This document shows, in pieces, positions 1-9,249 of a stretch of DNA of 64,000 nucleotides (positions are counted from its first letter, which is position 1; every line of letters begins with the position of its first letter). Source of the stretch: an uncultured Candidatus Saccharibacteria bacterium (GTDB lineage: Bacteria; Patescibacteriota; Minisyncoccia; Phycocordibacterales; UBA2100). The position numbers and the translations under genes are program-made. The stretch lies in NCBI GenBank assembly GCA_964471165.1, contig CAYYEX010000004.1, forward strand, positions 22,378 to 86,377, given 5' to 3'. The notes under the pieces were generated by a model. The model did not search any database, had not been told where the DNA came from, and worked only from the letters and a program-made list of their open reading frames with translations.

Positions 1-541
1 GCCGTTGTCGAGCACAATACCGAGATCGTTACAAAACTCTCGGAAAAACTCAAAATCGTCTTTCGTATACACTCTGCCCGACTTTGCATATCCGAGCGAT
101 AGTGCCCCGAGCGCTTTACCGCGGGCGAAAATTGGAATAATCATGAGCGACTGCAGTCCGAGCCGTTGCATCGCTTCAAGATGTTCCGGCGAGCGAGCCC
201 CCTGACGAATTGTTTCATCAGTCACAACAGGCACGAGCTGCGCCTCCCCTGTTCGGATTACGGCATATAAGTCACTGGAGTTTTTCTCGGTTGTCGGAAA
301 GCGCTTTTCGAACTCAAACAAGTAATCGGTCATCACCTGGTCGTGGTGAATAACCGCAATGCGCTCAAGTTCACCGTGTGCGTTGAGCACATCTATGGCA
401 CACCAATCCGCAAGTGTGGGCACCGTCAGCTTTGCTTTCTCAAGGAGCCATGTACGAAAATCGACTTTCATCGAAAGTATCTTGGTTGAGGCAAGCATGA
501 ACCGGAGCTTGTCGTTTCCGGACGAACTCATAGGAACCTCG
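1..541 (-). CDS. GAF domain-containing protein (3' end runs off the window start; partial)
   Basis: Manual minus-strand translation from the ATG at 541: MSSSGNDKLRFMLASTKILS...DLYAVIRTGEAQLVPVVTDE...LQSLMIIPIFARGKALGALSLGYA. This is a GAF-like fold signature. A GAGG sits 6 nt upstream of the ATG. The ORF is open to position 1, which is probably why the ORF track does not list it. Confidence 0.5.
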
Positions 542-739
542 CTGTGCGCGAGGGTTGCGACTTTGTTTGAATAGGGGGGTTTTTCATATCGCGGTTCGGT
601 CTGGACTGGATTGTCTGGACCACCGCGGATTAAGGTGAGTAAGCACAGGAGCTACCGACTTAACTGGTGCAGTATGCAACTCCCAACATGAAGGAGAGAT
701 GAATATCACCGATTCTGTCTATGATATCCTAGATTTTCT

Positions 740-1093
740 ATGGCACGCGACCCCAAACTCCCAACACAAGTACCCGAAGCGGGATACTACTACCACTACA
801 AGCACAAAGCGGATGGTGCCGTAAACAACTACGCCTACTATATATACGGCATCGGCCTCCACACCGAGGATGACTGCCGACCACAAGACCAGTTCATGCT
901 AGTGTATCGCCCGCTCTACGAGGCGTACGTGTATATGAATGGAAAAATGTTCGACGTGCGCCCGCTCGACATGTTTTACGAGCCAGCAATGCTCGACGGC
1001 GTGTCGGTCCCCCGATTCGTAAAAATCGAGGATGCTTCTGTTATAGCCGAACTGAAAGTTATCCGACAGCGGATGTACCCCTCGGAAAACTAG
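740..1093 (+). CDS. DUF1653-like small protein
   Basis: GYYYHYKHK...YYIYGIGLHTEDD...LVYRPLY...RPLDMFYEP...VPRF resembles the DUF1653 pattern (YRHYKG..Y.V...A.HTE....VVYRPLY...W.RP...F...V.RF). Confidence 0.45.
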   Translation: MARDPKLPTQVPEAGYYYHYKHKADGAVNNYAYYIYGIGLHTEDDCRPQDQFMLVYRPLYEAYVYMNGKMFDVRPLDMFYEPAMLDGVSVPRFVKIEDASVIAELKVIRQRMYPSEN

Positions 1094-1173
1094 GGGCTAT
1101 ACTCAAAGAAGACACCTCCTCCCAGACTTAGTAGCGCTCGCCTTGAGCGCTACGATTTTTTGTATGCAGCACA

Positions 1174-2898
1174 TTACTGATTGCTGCCAAATCGCTGCGT
1201 CCACGCATCGACTTCTTCACGAAGTTGTTTACGCTCTTCGCTTGTATCCTCTTTTCGTATCATAACCGCGCACCACATGAGTATCCGTTCCTCTCCAATG
1301 GGTACCTGAGATTTCTTTTCGATAGTAAAGTAACGTCGCAAGAACGGTGACTCAAGCGTAGCCTCATCAACGGGAAAAATACGTGCTTTCCCGCCGGGCT
1401 TCAGCACGCGAGCAACCTCTCGATATGCTTGATACTCGCCGTCAGTCGAGCGATTAAACTTATCGAACACCCAACTCGAGAGCACTTGGTCAAATGACCT
1501 ATCTTTGTACGGCAGCATCTGCGCTGCCGCGCCCACAAGATTAAGCTTCGCCGTCCATTCTTTATCCAGATTGTGCCATCCCTTAAAACGGTCAATTGCT
1601 GAGGCGGACTCCCCTGTATAGAGCAAGTCGGTGCCAATCAATGTTATGTCGTCGTTAATGTCCCCTATTGTATTGAGAAGTGAGTCCGGTTGTTTATAGG
1701 TGTTGCCTGGGCCGATTTCAAGCCACGTCTCTTTGTCACGCTCGGCAATATCAACGATGAAATCGATAAAGCTTTCCTTGTCCGGATACAGCAAGTGATA
1801 GTAGTCTGCGAGAGTTCTATCAGTTGTCGATATCACATTGTCGGCCTCCGCTGTTCTATAGGTGTCTTTCAGATGACTCTGTTTGAACAAGTCATCAAGA
1901 ATACTCATCATATTTTTAAAATCTCCTTTCTCCTGCATGGGACTGTACCCGCTCGAGTCTGTGATTCCTCGCTGATATCGCGTAAGTTTCGGAAACATCT
2001 TAAGCACTTCTCCACGTTTATCTTCCGAAATATGCACCATTGAAAGCGCGAGGTACGCGGGCTGTAATTCGTGGCGAGTCAACATATCATTAATGAACCT
2101 GCGTCTGAGCTCTCTGTTCGAAGCAAGAAAACGGGATACTCCTCGGAACCCGTTTCTGATACCTTCCAAGTCCTCGGGACTGAGGTCGCGGCGATTTTTT
2201 GATAGCGCTTCCGACCGCTTTACAAAGGCCTCAAGGACCCGCTCGTATTCCGAATCCGTGCGTTCCACGCGGCGCGCTTTGACCTCGGCACGTGTCGGCT
2301 TTTTTCTGCGTGGCCGTCGGGGTCCTTTTATTTTCTTCTCTACAACGAACTCCGGGAGAGCTTCTGTCTCAATCGCCGGCACCTCGGCAGAGGCGGGAAA
2401 CTCTGTTTCCGTCGCTATTTCTGCCTCCCCCATCGTTTCGGCTTCATCGCCTTCCTCATACCGAAAAATATCAAACGTTGCTGAATACGAGGAACACCGC
2501 TTGTTCTTGAGCCATTGTTCAATGGGCATCGTTTGTCCGCGCGGACGGAATCCCGAACGCGACCTGCCCGCCGGTGGACGCGGCATCCCGAAAAGCGAGA
2601 CGGTTACGCCTTCGTTATCTTCCATGGTTGTGCGACCAGCGCTGTCGCTTACGACAAAGTGACCCACCTGTCGCTCAGTGCCCCCCTCATACGCATACAC
2701 AACTATTTTCTCGAGTCTCCAGCGCCGCATCCATGGGACAAGGTTCTTCTTTAAATCACCGACAGATTCAAATGAAATACCGCTCTCAGCATTCGGAATG
2801 GCTTCCTTGTCCGAACCGTTTTCACCGCCATGCGGAGCGCGGGGTATAAATTTCTCTGCGGCCATTGCCGTATATTCTATACTGCGCGGGCGACGCAA
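1174..2898 (-). CDS. hypothetical protein with a C-terminal class I SAM-dependent methyltransferase domain and a basic, K/R-rich N-terminal region
   Basis: The C-terminal third has LEIGPGNT (motif I) and VLKPGGKARIF (post-II motif). A basic low-complexity stretch KKIKGPRRPRRKKPTRAEVKARR lies upstream of it. Confidence 0.55.
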   Translation of the reverse strand: MRRPRSIEYTAMAAEKFIPRAPHGGENGSDKEAIPNAESGISFESVGDLKKNLVPWMRRWRLEKIVVYAYEGGTERQVGHFVVSDSAGRTTMEDNEGVTVSLFGMPRPPAGRSRSGFRPRGQTMPIEQWLKNKRCSSYSATFDIFRYEEGDEAETMGEAEIATETEFPASAEVPAIETEALPEFVVEKKIKGPRRPRRKKPTRAEVKARRVERTDSEYERVLEAFVKRSEALSKNRRDLSPEDLEGIRNGFRGVSRFLASNRELRRRFINDMLTRHELQPAYLALSMVHISEDKRGEVLKMFPKLTRYQRGITDSSGYSPMQEKGDFKNMMSILDDLFKQSHLKDTYRTAEADNVISTTDRTLADYYHLLYPDKESFIDFIVDIAERDKETWLEIGPGNTYKQPDSLLNTIGDINDDITLIGTDLLYTGESASAIDRFKGWHNLDKEWTAKLNLVGAAAQMLPYKDRSFDQVLSSWVFDKFNRSTDGEYQAYREVARVLKPGGKARIFPVDEATLESPFLRRYFTIEKKSQVPIGEERILMWCAVMIRKEDTSEERKQLREEVDAWTQRFGSNQ

Positions 2899-2901
2899 TG
2901 T

Positions 2902-3765
2902 TTACACGTGCGTCGGCACCACCTCTGGTTTAGGAACTTGGGAATCATTCACGATTACGAGAATCATAAGGAGAAGCGTATACACGAGCGGCGGAAGTCC
3001 GGGCCCCAACAAATCGAACGCAGCGGAAAGAATGGTGACCGGAATACTCGCAAAGAGCGCAACCGTGTACGCGCTACGATACGACTCGTCTTTGGAGCGC
3101 ATTTTGAAATACACGAACACGAGAGCTGCGGCTATCAGTATGTAGATGAGGTGGAACACAAGCATGCCAAGGCCTCCGAAAAAGACGACGAGCGAAAACA
3201 GGATAGCTCCGCCGGCTATCGTAACAGGACGAACGTATGGTTTAACTTTTTCGGCGAAGGCCAGCACGTCTGCTTTTGCGAGCGTGCTCGTTGCCGTAGA
3301 GGTGCCGTAGTCGTACACACGAATATCGCCTCGCTGCATTTGTCCGTCGCGGTAATTGGCAGAATTGGCCCCGACAGCGAACTTTTGTTTAAAAAGAGCA
3401 ACTGTTTCGTACGAAGTAAACTCTTCGTTTGAAAACTGGTCACTCTTTGTGTCGAACACCGCGAGATTTTTTCCGAGTTCGGGGTAGAACGTGTTGGGTA
3501 TGAAATATGGCTCCTCTTGATTCGTGCTCATTACACCGTTTGCAACAGTGATTACGAGGCTCTCCGGATACACTGCAGCGACAGTATCGATGGTCTGCGG
3601 GCTGACCGTAAGCAGCAGCGCCCAAATTGGCGCCACAAAGGCAAACACAACTACGAACGAGACGACCGCATAGTACTTTGCCCCCTCTGTCCATGTGCGC
3701 TCACGCAGCCCGGTGTAGAACGCGGGGTCGTACACTGCCGATCGTATTACCTGAAAGATGCCCAT
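2902..3765 (-). CDS. DUF1189-like integral membrane protein
   Basis: Several predicted TM helices and overall similarity to the DUF1189/YpdA-like family. Confidence 0.45.
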   Translation of the reverse strand: MGIFQVIRSAVYDPAFYTGLRERTWTEGAKYYAVVSFVVVFAFVAPIWALLLTVSPQTIDTVAAVYPESLVITVANGVMSTNQEEPYFIPNTFYPELGKNLAVFDTKSDQFSNEEFTSYETVALFKQKFAVGANSANYRDGQMQRGDIRVYDYGTSTATSTLAKADVLAFAEKVKPYVRPVTIAGGAILFSLVVFFGGLGMLVFHLIYILIAAALVFVYFKMRSKDESYRSAYTVALFASIPVTILSAAFDLLGPGLPPLVYTLLLMILVIVNDSQVPKPEVVPTHV

Positions 3766-3768
3766 ATT

Positions 3769-4464
3769 TTATTTGCGATTGAACTTTACCTCCGGCATGC
3801 CAGCAGCATATGAAACAACTTGATACGCTTGGAAGATGAACGTTACATTCTGTGGGGTTACGATAAAGGTAGAGTAGTTTTCCACTTTCGGGCCGGCCCC
3901 CTCGGGCGCAATGATTGAATCACCGTATCCCTGTTTCAACTGTGCGAGCGACTGCGTTGCCACCTCTGCAAGCGAGAGTCCGGTAAGCGAGAGCGCGCGC
4001 TCGAGCGTTATGGTCTCCCCTGTTTTTGCGTCGTAGTTGAGCGAAAGCACAATCGGCATTCCGTGTGCACCACCCATATCTTGATACAGATTGATTCGCT
4101 CGCTCACAATCGTGCCGCCGCTGTAGTAATCGGCGATGTCTCCCGAAAGGGTGTATGGCCGTGATTCTACGGTCGGGTCGAAGTTCGCGGCATCTTTTTT
4201 GAATGCGTCTACCGCTTTTTGTATTTCTGCTTCAACGTGCGCGTCTACCACAGGAATGCCAAATAGCTTGTAATCAACATCGATGGTGTAATTCGGCGCC
4301 TCTTCTTTAATCGTTTTTGTCTCGCTTGGGGTTGGGGTGGTCGCCCCTGATGTTTCAGGAACGCTATCCGGCATCGCTACCATCACCGGTTTCTGAGTGA
4401 GTGCAAAATAAATTACCCCACCGAGCGCTGCGAGGAAAATGACCGCAACAAGCAATTTGCTCAT
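3769..4464 (-). CDS. DUF3298/DUF4163 (RsiV-like) domain protein with an N-terminal signal anchor
   Basis: N-terminal TM/signal segment. YTIDVDYKLFGIPVVD...SGGTIVSERINLYQDMGGAH...FIFQAYQVVSYAAG is typical of DUF4163 + DUF3298. Confidence 0.45.
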   Translation of the reverse strand: MSKLLVAVIFLAALGGVIYFALTQKPVMVAMPDSVPETSGATTPTPSETKTIKEEAPNYTIDVDYKLFGIPVVDAHVEAEIQKAVDAFKKDAANFDPTVESRPYTLSGDIADYYSGGTIVSERINLYQDMGGAHGMPIVLSLNYDAKTGETITLERALSLTGLSLAEVATQSLAQLKQGYGDSIIAPEGAGPKVENYSTFIVTPQNVTFIFQAYQVVSYAAGMPEVKFNRK

Positions 4465-4481
4465 ACGTTTACACTATCACA

Positions 4482-5534
4482 TCACCGAAAAACAGAGCCC
4501 GTATGCTGCCAGAGGACTTCAAGGATATGCCGCAGACGACCGCCGAACGTCAGCCGACGTTGGTCGTTCGAGCTCGTCGAAAAAACAATCGTTTGGTTGG
4601 TTTGCTGATTGAACGTGGTTGTCTGTATCTCAGGCGCAGGAACCGGAACAGAGGCGGTGGTCGGCTGGTTATAGACCTGCACGGCCGGTTGATAGATTTG
4701 TGCGGTATTGCCAGGGTTTGGAATCATAGTGTTGCTGTTGAATTGCTGTGATGCCCCCGCACTGTAGCTCGCTGGTGATGTGGCTGGTGTAACCGAGGGT
4801 GCGCTTTGCTGTTGCTGCATCATAATCTGACGAAGTGCCCCGAGTGGGTCTTGCGACGTAACCTGCGTGATTGGTGGCACATATGTGCTCGGCGAGCCAC
4901 CAGGCTGGGTCAACGGCGATAGCAGCGGATTATCGGGAAGCGGTGTGCCTGGAGTCGCTGATGGAACCGTTACCGCAGGCTGCCCCAAGCCGGCGCGCGC
5001 GAGCGCCGCAATCGCGTCCCCCGTACCGGAGGCGCCCGGTAAGTTCGAGTGATTCGTGCCGAACTGTGTACTGCTGTAACTCTTCACTTCAACGTTCGGA
5101 TTAACCGACTTGATGCGCTGCACCGCCTGATTAAACCCTGCATAGCTCGCCTCAAGCGATACGACACTCTTAATATTCTTAAGCTGTGTCTCACTCATGG
5201 CATTCACGAGTTGTAGGAACCCTTGGTGTCCTGCACTGTATGCGACAAGTACCGTGCGCTGTGACCCAATCTGGCCTATGACCTGCTGCACACCTGCCTG
5301 ATTCTCGAATTTTCCAGAAACAACGGGTGCGTTGATGAGCTGTGCGTCTTTCGGAAGTTTCGGTGCAATCGAAGCGCTCGCCTGCTCTTGTGCCCGGCAC
5401 GCCTGCGGCGAGTTACAGAGTCCGCTAAAAAAAACGACAATCAAACGCTCCGCAGCATATGCATTCGAAAAGCTCATCAGGAGGATACCGACAACCAGTA
5501 ATGAAAAAAGAGGGTTGGCACGAAGCCGGTACAT
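4482..5534 (-). CDS. secreted hypothetical protein (possible esterase-like AYSAG motif) with a Q/P/T-rich low-complexity C-terminus
   Basis: Signal peptide; VLVAYSAGHQG (GxSxG-like); a long Q/P/S/T-rich tail. Confidence 0.4.
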   Translation of the reverse strand: MYRLRANPLFSLLVVGILLMSFSNAYAAERLIVVFFSGLCNSPQACRAQEQASASIAPKLPKDAQLINAPVVSGKFENQAGVQQVIGQIGSQRTVLVAYSAGHQGFLQLVNAMSETQLKNIKSVVSLEASYAGFNQAVQRIKSVNPNVEVKSYSSTQFGTNHSNLPGASGTGDAIAALARAGLGQPAVTVPSATPGTPLPDNPLLSPLTQPGGSPSTYVPPITQVTSQDPLGALRQIMMQQQQSAPSVTPATSPASYSAGASQQFNSNTMIPNPGNTAQIYQPAVQVYNQPTTASVPVPAPEIQTTTFNQQTNQTIVFSTSSNDQRRLTFGGRLRHILEVLWQHTGSVFR

Positions 5535-5571
5535 GAAAAAATCGTAGCATGGAAAGCATTGGGTAAACGTG

Positions 5572-6879
5572 TCAGTTCACCTCGCCAAGCGTGGGCACGT
5601 TCAGTCGCCTTCGAACAGTTTCACCCCTGAAGAGCACCTCGACTCGGGTGGGGGTCTCACCACGTTCCCCCATGTGCGCACTGTGCGTCATCGCGTGGAA
5701 ACTCGACGCGAGAAAGATTGAATGCTTGCCGTACTTTGCAGAAATCTCATCGACGCTTTCATACACACTTTTCATCGCTTCAGTTTTCAAAACAGAGCCA
5801 AACAAATCGAGCTGAGTTTTATTGGCGTCCTGTAATTGCATGAGGGCGATACCCGTTGCTCGGTAAAGCGTTCCCCGCTTGAACACACGGGGAAACTGCA
5901 CGCGCACGGCGGCAAGAATGTCTTCGGGGACGCAAGTTGCATGCGAGAGTTTTATTTCGCAGCCGTGGTATTTAAATTCCTGTGTTTTCAAAAAGAAGAA
6001 AACGACCGGTGAGGCGAGGCCCCACCGCCGCGCCTTAATGCAGGCGTTCTCTATGTTTTTTGAAAGCTGCGAGGCAATGAACTTGGGGTCGCGCGAGGGT
6101 GGTGTAAATGTTTTGGTTTTACTGATTGACTGATACGTTTCGCGCCCTGCCACATCGAGCTCAAATGCGACTTCCCCGTTGAGCTCTTTCCATATCTCGA
6201 ATATCGGCTTGGTAACGGTCTGCTTTACCCACGCCTCGTCGCGAACGGCAAAGTCGTAGGCGGTACGCACACCAAATTTTTGTAGATATGCGCTCGTGTT
6301 GGGCCCGATGCCCCACACACTCCCTGCGGGGGTCTTTTGCAAAAAGTCTCGGGCGTCCTTGAGTGGTATCGGTGTGAACCCATCGGGCTTTTTCCACTTT
6401 GAGCCGATTTTTGAGAGCACCTTGGTGGCGGAGAGTCCGATGGAGAACGTCATACCGAGTTCACGCTCCAAATCACGCCGTATCGTTTCGGCCATTGTTT
6501 CGTACGACATGCGTAGCGACCGGCGCAAGCCCGTTAAGTCGGCAAAGCATTCGTCGATTGAATATTCTTCGACAGCCGGTGTGTAGCGACGCACGATTTC
6601 GTACATGCGATTCGAAAACAAACTATATGTTTCGTAGTCCGACGGGAGCACAATCGCGTCCGGGCAGGCTTTGAGTGCCTCGGGAATCGATACACCGCGT
6701 TTTACGCCGCGAGCCTTTGCTTCGTATGTGCACGCGGAAACAATGCCCCGCTCCTTACCTGTGATTACCGGCTTACCCCGCAATGATGGATTCTTTGCCA
6801 CTTCGCATGCCGCAAAAAAAGAGTCCCCGTCGATGTGGAGTATGGCGCGCGGATAACTTCTCGGAGAACCCCATGTCAT
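5572..6879 (-). CDS. dinB: Y-family DNA polymerase (DinB / Pol IV-like)
   Basis: ILHIDGDSFFAACE...SIDECFADLTG...SIGLSATKVLSKIGS is the IMS/UmuC signature. ATG at 6879. Confidence 0.85.
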   Translation of the reverse strand: MTWGSPRSYPRAILHIDGDSFFAACEVAKNPSLRGKPVITGKERGIVSACTYEAKARGVKRGVSIPEALKACPDAIVLPSDYETYSLFSNRMYEIVRRYTPAVEEYSIDECFADLTGLRRSLRMSYETMAETIRRDLERELGMTFSIGLSATKVLSKIGSKWKKPDGFTPIPLKDARDFLQKTPAGSVWGIGPNTSAYLQKFGVRTAYDFAVRDEAWVKQTVTKPIFEIWKELNGEVAFELDVAGRETYQSISKTKTFTPPSRDPKFIASQLSKNIENACIKARRWGLASPVVFFFLKTQEFKYHGCEIKLSHATCVPEDILAAVRVQFPRVFKRGTLYRATGIALMQLQDANKTQLDLFGSVLKTEAMKSVYESVDEISAKYGKHSIFLASSFHAMTHSAHMGERGETPTRVEVLFRGETVRRRLNVPTLGEVN

Positions 6880-6974
6880 AAATGCAGGTTATAGGGAGCA
6901 GGTGATAGGGATGAGTAAATGCGGGTGCAGAAGATTGAGTCTACTGTTCCCTACAACCTATAACCTATTCCCTT

Positions 6975-7604
6975 TTATCTAATTACCCGGTCACCTTCTG
7001 AATATTCCGGTTTGCGTGCTCGAAAGTATTCTTGGGTCCGGTCTGTGTGTAGTAACTTGTCGATCGCACGAGGCAGTTCTTTGCGTTTCCTGCGTGCGCC
7101 CCACTGCATGAACTGCCAGAGTGCATGAGCGTCATCAAACGCCCGGTGACGCGACTCACAGGTGAGCTTGTGGCGCCGAATGACTGCGGAGAGATTGTGG
7201 TGCCGAGCGCGCGGACTAAGCAATCGCGACAACCGCACAGTGCACAGGCACGAGGCTTCGAAAAAACGATCAACACTGGCAAACTCGTTTTTGATAAACG
7301 CGTAGTCAAACGCCACATTGTGCGCCACGAAAATCGCACCTTGGAGTAACCTATGCACCTGCTCGGCTACGTCGGCAAAAAGTGGAGCGTGCTCCAAGTC
7401 GCTGTCCGTGATGCCGGTGAGCTTGGTAATCCATGGCGAGAGTTCGCGCTCGGGATTGAGAAATGTTTTATACGTTTCGACGCACTGTCCGTTCTCAATG
7501 CGGAGGATTCCGATTTCGATAACACGGTCACTTCGTCCGGTGCCCGATGTTTCCACGTCGACAATGGCAAACGTTTTTCCTTTTAAACTATCTACACGTT
7601 CCAT
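6975..7604 (-). CDS. DnaQ-like 3'-5' exonuclease (DEDDh, Pol III epsilon-like)
   Basis: FAIVDVETSG...FVAHNVAFDYAFI...HRAFDDAHA: Exo I/II/III motifs. ATG at 7604. Confidence 0.8.
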   Translation of the reverse strand: MERVDSLKGKTFAIVDVETSGTGRSDRVIEIGILRIENGQCVETYKTFLNPERELSPWITKLTGITDSDLEHAPLFADVAEQVHRLLQGAIFVAHNVAFDYAFIKNEFASVDRFFEASCLCTVRLSRLLSPRARHHNLSAVIRRHKLTCESRHRAFDDAHALWQFMQWGARRKRKELPRAIDKLLHTDRTQEYFRARKPEYSEGDRVIR

Positions 7605-7955
7605 ACCTCGTAGCGCGTCGGCACGTAGAGATGTGCGCGGAAGAGGCGGCGGATAAAGACGGCAAATCGCGGCGTGAGTGTGATTGAGATTCTCATGGTG
7701 GTTGAATTAAATAATTAAATTAAATAATTGTAATGCGAGGCACAAGGAATCGACGACTTGCACTGCGAAGCTTTCGCGAAGCAGTGGCTTTGCGGCTTGA
7801 GTGGTTCGACCTCACTCTCCCCCAGACTTCTACATTCCCTTCGGTGTTGGTAACGGTGGATAACGGTGTAAGCGATGCTTCTATAACGTATCTTTGGATT
7901 GAGAGCCAGTTGTCTATTTTTTTCATATCGATGTTGGTTGTTGGTTGCTGGTTGT

Positions 7956-8531
7956 TCAATATTTTCTGACGACTGCCGTTACCACCGCCTCTATCCGAAA
8001 GCTCTCTTTCGGATAGATGGGTTTGTATCGTTCGTTGGCTGGCTCTAAATACACCTTGTCTCCGTTTTTGCGGTAGTACTTCATGGTGTATTCGCCATCA
8101 ACGCTCGCGATGACGATTTGCCCCACCTTGTACGACGCGCGGCGCTCCACGATAACCATGTCGCCCTCCCGGATACCGGCGTCAATCATGGAATCTCCTT
8201 TCACTTTTAGTATGTAACTCGATTCTTTGTTGGGGGTGAGATATTCGTCGAAACTCAGCACATCAAGCAGCTCTTCTTCGGCCGGAGATGGGAAGCCTGC
8301 TTCGATGAGCCCGAGGAGCTTGAGCCCCTCTTCTTCGAGCTTGTGCGGGAGGAGCCGCCCTGTTTTGTCTTTGCGCACCAATCCCGCGTCTATCATCTGC
8401 TCGAGCTTGTAGTTGACCGCACTCTTGGTTTTGTAGCCCCACAACTTCTGGAGTTCAGAAAACGAAGGCATACGCTTGTGCTCGCGGTAGAACCTGGCCA
8501 TTTCGTCTCGGTACTGAGCAAAGTCGTCCAT
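7956..8531 (-). CDS. lexA: LexA repressor (S24 peptidase)
   Basis: Winged-HTH N-terminus, then VKGDSMIDAGIREGDMVIVERR...KYYRKNGDKVYLEPANE (Ser-Lys dyad region). Confidence 0.9.
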   Translation of the reverse strand: MDDFAQYRDEMARFYREHKRMPSFSELQKLWGYKTKSAVNYKLEQMIDAGLVRKDKTGRLLPHKLEEEGLKLLGLIEAGFPSPAEEELLDVLSFDEYLTPNKESSYILKVKGDSMIDAGIREGDMVIVERRASYKVGQIVIASVDGEYTMKYYRKNGDKVYLEPANERYKPIYPKESFRIEAVVTAVVRKY

Positions 8532-8545
8532 ATCAGAAGTATATT

Positions 8546-8559
8546 AGAACGAACGTTCT
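8546..8559. promoter_or_regulatory. Putative LexA (Cheo-type) operator AGAACGAACGTTCT (GAAC-N4-GTTC) in the lexA / thermonuclease divergent intergenic region
   Basis: Perfect inverted repeat GAAC-gaac-GTTC, 15-28 nt upstream of the lexA ATG (8531) and 45 nt upstream of the divergent nuclease ATG (8604). Confidence 0.6.
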
Positions 8560-8603
8560 GTGGCAAGTCTTTGGGTGTGGATAGCCCGTTGAGGTGCAAT
8601 ACT

Positions 8604-9197
8604 ATGGCTATGCCAAAGGGAATAAATAGACAGGTACGCCTCGTAATTGCGTTTCTGCTCGTGGTCGCTGCCGCATACATTGCAGGTGTTCCCCTGCCGT
8701 CACCATTTTCCGATGCAACCAAGGAAGCCCCTGCCAGCATCGATTCAAATATGTGGTATCCGTTGGTCCGTGTTTCCGATGGCGACACAATCGTCATTAA
8801 TATAGACGGTGCCAATGTGCCAGTGCGACTCATCGGCATCGACTCTCCGGAACTTGATTCGTCGTATACAAAAGAACAATGCTTCGGCAAAGAATCCTCT
8901 GCGGAGGCTAAAAAGATTCTGGGAGTCGGACAGGTTCGACTTGAAACTGATTCGTCGCAAGATATGTACGATCAATATGACCGTCTCCTCACATACGTAT
9001 ACGTGCCGGCAAACGTGCAGCCGGAAGGCATCATGCTGAACGCATATATGGTGAGCGAAGGATTTGCACGCGAGTACACGTACAAAAAACCGTACGCACA
9101 CCAGGCATCGTTCAAAGCACACGAAGAACAGGCGCGCGAACAAAAGAAAGGATTATGGGGTACGTGTCTGCCTGCGCAGGCAGGTTCATCTCAATAG
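8604..9197 (+). CDS. secreted thermonuclease (SNase / micrococcal nuclease family)
   Basis: From the ATG at 8604 (GAGGTG 8 nt upstream): signal anchor, then VSDGDTIVI...VRLIGIDSPE...YDRLLTYVY...NAYMVSEGFARE. The 8343 start in the ORF track is an extension that overlaps lexA. Confidence 0.75.
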   Translation: MAMPKGINRQVRLVIAFLLVVAAAYIAGVPLPSPFSDATKEAPASIDSNMWYPLVRVSDGDTIVINIDGANVPVRLIGIDSPELDSSYTKEQCFGKESSAEAKKILGVGQVRLETDSSQDMYDQYDRLLTYVYVPANVQPEGIMLNAYMVSEGFAREYTYKKPYAHQASFKAHEEQAREQKKGLWGTCLPAQAGSSQ

Positions 9198-9249
9198 TCT
9201 CCACAGGAGTCAAACACACAATCAATGTTCCTCTGTATACTGAGGTGAT

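Noticed and set aside
7720-7959. 79-aa ORF in the lexA-exonuclease spacer
   Set aside because: No SD and no motif; it overlaps the lexA stop region. It may be a real small gene, but I could not support it.
8343-8603. N-terminal extension of the thermonuclease ORF (start at 8343)
   Set aside because: It overlaps lexA on the opposite strand. The ATG at 8604 has a GAGGTG SD and starts a signal peptide.
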